Positions 61,027 to 64,000 of a stretch of 64,000 bases of DNA are shown here, in pieces. Within the stretch, counting starts at the first letter, position 1. Every line of letters begins with the position of its first letter. The stretch spans positions 62,001-126,000 of IMG/VR virus record IMGVR_UViG_3300011906_000001, one strand, 5' to 3'. Both the position numbers and the translations under genes were made by a program. Origin of the DNA: an uncultured virus (IMG/VR IMGVR_UViG_3300011906_000001). Its lineage: Duplodnaviria; Heunggongvirae; Uroviricota; Caudoviricetes. The notes beneath the pieces are model-generated. The model was given only the letters and a program-made list of their open reading frames with translations. It ran no database searches and had not been told where the DNA came from.

Positions 61027-61530
61027 ATGAGCCTTAAACGGAGAATCAATAAAGCGTTTATAAGGCGGGTGGCGTGGGTCAAGTCAGTAGCCTTTGAACT
61101 TAGGCTTAAATGGTTAGCTTTTTGTTATAAAGGGGCTAAGAACATCCCTGTTGATAAATTGCCTAAGATTTCAATGGGTGATGAGCATGATGAATTTTGC
61201 ATCATCAACAGCGTCAAGATCCATGGTTATTTTAATTTATTGAGCGAGCATTATAAGCTTGATAAAAGCCAAAGTGTGTTCATGGGGATTATGGGTCGTT
61301 TTATTCACGCCTATTACCTAGATGAGGAAGTCGAGCATTGGTTCTATGGCCTGCTTAATACCCAACCTCCCATGATTGGGATTGAGGTCTTTAAAGCCAT
61401 GAGGCTTTTAGGCGACATCCCTGATCATAAGCTTAACTACTTCACCCCACCTGCGCCCTATGAGACGCCAATCGAATGGATGTTGGCCTTAGGTCAAGAC
61501 GATCCCTTTGGTATAACTGTAAGGAAATAA
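61027..61530 (+). CDS. hypothetical protein
   Basis: 167 aa, directly upstream of thyA. Confidence 0.65.
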   Translation: MSLKRRINKAFIRRVAWVKSVAFELRLKWLAFCYKGAKNIPVDKLPKISMGDEHDEFCIINSVKIHGYFNLLSEHYKLDKSQSVFMGIMGRFIHAYYLDEEVEHWFYGLLNTQPPMIGIEVFKAMRLLGDIPDHKLNYFTPPAPYETPIEWMLALGQDDPFGITVRK

Positions 61531-61535
61531 CCCAC

Positions 61536-62660
61536 ATGCATCAAGACTTGCAATACAAGATCCTTCTCGGGGACATCAAGACCTATGGCGTGGATAAAGG
61601 TGAGCGCACTGGTACGGGGGCACGTTCTCTCTTTGGTCGCTCGATGCGCTTTGATCTAACTGATGGAAAGATTCCGCTGTTGACCACTAAGAAGGTCTTC
61701 TTCAAAGGAATCGTCCATGAACTGCTTTGGATGCTGTCAGGCGATACCAACATTCGGTACCTGAAAGAACATGGGGTGTCCATTTGGGATTCTTGGGTTA
61801 AACCTGGAACAGAAGAATACGTGCTTAATGACGATGACTCTAAAGCGCTCATTGCAGGGGAACTTCCCAAGATTTATCAACACCAATGGCGTCAGTGGGA
61901 TGACACCCGTGTTGTCGATTACCATGAAGCTGAAATCCTTAAAGAGAAAGGCTTTGAAGTCATTGCTGAAATCTCTGCCAGTCAGTTTGTGGTTCAGCGC
62001 AAGATCGATCAGATCAAGAATGTTATTGAACGCCTTAAAACCCATCCTGATTGCAGACGCTTGATTGTCAGTGCATGGAATGTCGCTGAGATCGAAGAGA
62101 TGGCCCTCGCGCCCTGCCATACCCTCTTTCAGTTCTATACCAAACCGATGACTCACACGGAACGTGGGGAATGGTATCGTGCACGCACTACTGAAGCCGA
62201 GCAGATGGAAAAAAAGGTATTACCCATTGGCGAAATCGTGCGTTTATCAGTCGAAGAGCAGATATCCGAAGCGCAAGCGGATGACTCGGTAACGGAACTA
62301 TACGACTCTCTGGGCGTGCCCTCTCGTAAACTGTCCTGTCAGTTGTATCAGCGGAGCGCTGATACGCCAATCGGTTTGCCGTTCAATATTGTTCAATACA
62401 GCTTGCTGACGCATTTAGTTGCTCAGGCGGTTAACATGGTACCTGACGAGTTTATATGGGTAGGAGGCGATACCCATATTTACAGCAATCAACATGAGGG
62501 GGTCAATGAACACATCGACCGTCCATTGATTGAGGGTCCTCATCCTAAGGTTAAACTCAATCCTAACATCACCAATATCTTTGATTTCACCTTTGATGAT
62601 ATCGAGGTGGTGGACTATGAACCACAAGCGGTGATCAAGTATCCATCAGCAGCTGTCTAA
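61536..62660 (+). CDS. thyA: thymidylate synthase with two insertions
   Basis: ERTGTG, PLLTTKKV, ELLW..SGDTN, RRLIVSAWN, MALAPCH, LYQRSAD.PIGLPFNI..Y, GDTHIY; AAGGA RBS before the ATG at 61536. Confidence 0.95.
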   Translation: MHQDLQYKILLGDIKTYGVDKGERTGTGARSLFGRSMRFDLTDGKIPLLTTKKVFFKGIVHELLWMLSGDTNIRYLKEHGVSIWDSWVKPGTEEYVLNDDDSKALIAGELPKIYQHQWRQWDDTRVVDYHEAEILKEKGFEVIAEISASQFVVQRKIDQIKNVIERLKTHPDCRRLIVSAWNVAEIEEMALAPCHTLFQFYTKPMTHTERGEWYRARTTEAEQMEKKVLPIGEIVRLSVEEQISEAQADDSVTELYDSLGVPSRKLSCQLYQRSADTPIGLPFNIVQYSLLTHLVAQAVNMVPDEFIWVGGDTHIYSNQHEGVNEHIDRPLIEGPHPKVKLNPNITNIFDFTFDDIEVVDYEPQAVIKYPSAAV

Positions 62661-62679
62661 GGATGCGAAGGATTAAATC

Positions 62680-62901
62680 ATGCGTAAGAAACAAGACTAC
62701 CCGGATCGCAGACCTACGACACCCATGCCGGATGGTACTACCCACCATGATAACCGCTATTGGTACAAGGATGGTGGGCGAACTTACTGGTCAGATCCCT
62801 ATGGGGAGGGGTATGACTGGTATAGCTGTCACTGGGGTGTGATGGACCCACTGGATCATCTATGGGCGATTGATACCCCACTTGCAAGTGAACTGAAGTA
62901 A
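62680..62901 (+). CDS. small hypothetical protein
   Basis: AAGGA RBS; Trp-rich, 73 aa. Confidence 0.6.
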   Translation: MRKKQDYPDRRPTTPMPDGTTHHDNRYWYKDGGRTYWSDPYGEGYDWYSCHWGVMDPLDHLWAIDTPLASELK

Positions 62902-62970
62902 CACTCGATGATTTTCAGTGCATGGTATGGGGAGGGTACACTAACTAAGTTATTAGGAGGTCACCTTTCT

Positions 62971-63123
62971 ATGTCTACTATTCTGATCATTGTCTTAGTG
63001 TTACTGCTTGTGGGTGTTTTACCTATCTTTCCTCACTCCAGAAGTTGGGGGTATATGCCAGGTGGGGTTATTGGACTGATCCTCCTGGTGCTTGTCATTA
63101 TGCTCTTAACAGGGCGATTGTAA
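62971..63123 (+). CDS. DUF3309-family small membrane protein
   Basis: AGGAGG RBS; TILIIVLVLLLVGVLP.FPHSRSWGY.PGG..GLILLV...LLTGRL. Confidence 0.85.
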   Translation: MSTILIIVLVLLLVGVLPIFPHSRSWGYMPGGVIGLILLVLVIMLLTGRL

Positions 63124-63180
63124 CTGTCATAACTGCCTGCCCTTCGGGGCAGGCGGTATGCCATCTGATTCGATCAATAA

Positions 63181-63195
63181 TAAAACATATATCAT
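63181..63195 (+). promoter_or_regulatory. putative early promoter
   Basis: TAAAACATATATCAT, after the hairpin at 63128-63160. Confidence 0.45.
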
Positions 63196-63232
63196 CGTAG
63201 TGATATCAACCCAGGCAAATAAGGAACTTTAA

Positions 63233-63766
63233 TTGAATCTGTCACTTAGTTTTATTCGCGAGGTGATTCGTGACCAGCTCGTCAAACCGTTTTACCTGCT
63301 AGATCCAAATGGTAATGAACATCAGGTCTATGACATTACGGACGATAAAGACTTTGTCATTGCTGATGAAGATGGGATTCGTAAGGTCGTAGAAGTTCAT
63401 CCTGAAGGGTGTGATTGCGGAGAAACCACCTATCTACTCCCTAGAGTCGTTATGGATCAAGTGATCAATCTTCAAGTCAAGCGCTCAATGCAGGCTGATC
63501 ATCAATTGCTTGATGCCTTTAAAGCTGACATCTTTAAAACAGAAGATGATTTTAAGAAAGGCAGTTATGTCACGCTTAAAAGTGAATACTTTGAAACAGC
63601 AGAAGGTCCTCGTTTTGGGGATCTGGTATTGGTGCATTCACAGTATCGTCCGACTGGCGTTAGCATTAACTTCATTGTGGGCTACACCAACCAAGACCGT
63701 TGTATTGTCATGGTTAAAGATGAAGCATGGCGATATCGAGCAGTTGATCCATCTGAACTGATCTGA
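63233..63766 (+). CDS. hypothetical protein
   Basis: AAGGA RBS; TTG start; 177 aa. Confidence 0.65.
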   Translation: MNLSLSFIREVIRDQLVKPFYLLDPNGNEHQVYDITDDKDFVIADEDGIRKVVEVHPEGCDCGETTYLLPRVVMDQVINLQVKRSMQADHQLLDAFKADIFKTEDDFKKGSYVTLKSEYFETAEGPRFGDLVLVHSQYRPTGVSINFIVGYTNQDRCIVMVKDEAWRYRAVDPSELI

Positions 63767-63842
63767 TTGCTTTTACTAAAACCCAATAAATCGTCTGGGA
63801 TTAATATCCCTTTTCTTAAACTGGTACTCTAAGGACCTTTAC

Positions 63843-64000
63843 ATGAGTGACGTACAAACCCAAAAGGCTGAAGCTGTAGATGTCAATACTGATGAGATTC
63901 TTAAAAATGATCAAGACGTCTTGATCGGAAAGCTTAATGACATCGTCGATAACATAGCCGATGAGGAAGGTACTGAAGTAGGGCGTGGGGCACGCCTTGC
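63843..64000 (+). CDS. hypothetical protein, truncated by the window end
   Basis: AAGGA RBS, ATG AGT GAC..., open to the end of the window. Confidence 0.55.
   Translation, partial: MSDVQTQKAEAVDVNTDEILKNDQDVLIGKLNDIVDNIADEEGTEVGRGARL

Noticed and set aside
61536..62660. thyA as a base-modifying hydroxymethylase, or as intein-containing
   Set aside because: It retains the Asn of PFNI that specifies dUMP and the other canonical ThyA motifs. The insertions are short and lack intein C/S...HN ends.
17..63160. CRISPR array or MITE interpretation of the repeated hairpins
   Set aside because: Copies are dispersed singly after stop codons, with no regular spacers, target-site duplications or transposase.
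1..64000. Stop-codon recoding
   Set aside because: Long genes are intact under the standard code, TAA, TAG and TGA all end genes, and the only tRNA is Leu(UAA).

Overview
This window is 64 kb of a lytic phiKZ-like jumbo myophage (probably Chimalliviridae). The host is probably Pseudomonas, inferred from gene content and an AmrZ-like gene. The left part is the conserved phiKZ gp174-gp182-type block: head protease, virion RNA polymerase beta and beta' subunits, and a 2.2-kaa tail protein with a lytic transglycosylase domain. The beta gene is split by a group I intron carrying an HNH endonuclease, and both splice junctions can be read from the sequence. The rest is accessory. It holds a tRNA-Leu(UAA), dTTP-supply genes (tmk, dcd, thyA), an SNF2 helicase, a GH108 endolysin and a GH5 cellulase. 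It also holds a tandem array of Kelch and other genes sharing an N-terminal M[IL]E-x-L peptide, and six paralogous Mtd-like fibre genes. The most striking unexplained element is an ORF-free, densely base-paired stretch of about 690 nt (29141-29830) that looks like a large structured ncRNA on the + strand. It is followed by a terminator-like hairpin and the AmrZ-like gene. Putative early promoters (CTATAT[C/T]AC) and a dispersed family of CATAA-GCCCTCCC hairpins punctuate the window. phiKZ gp numbers are given from recalled synteny and motifs, not from a database search.
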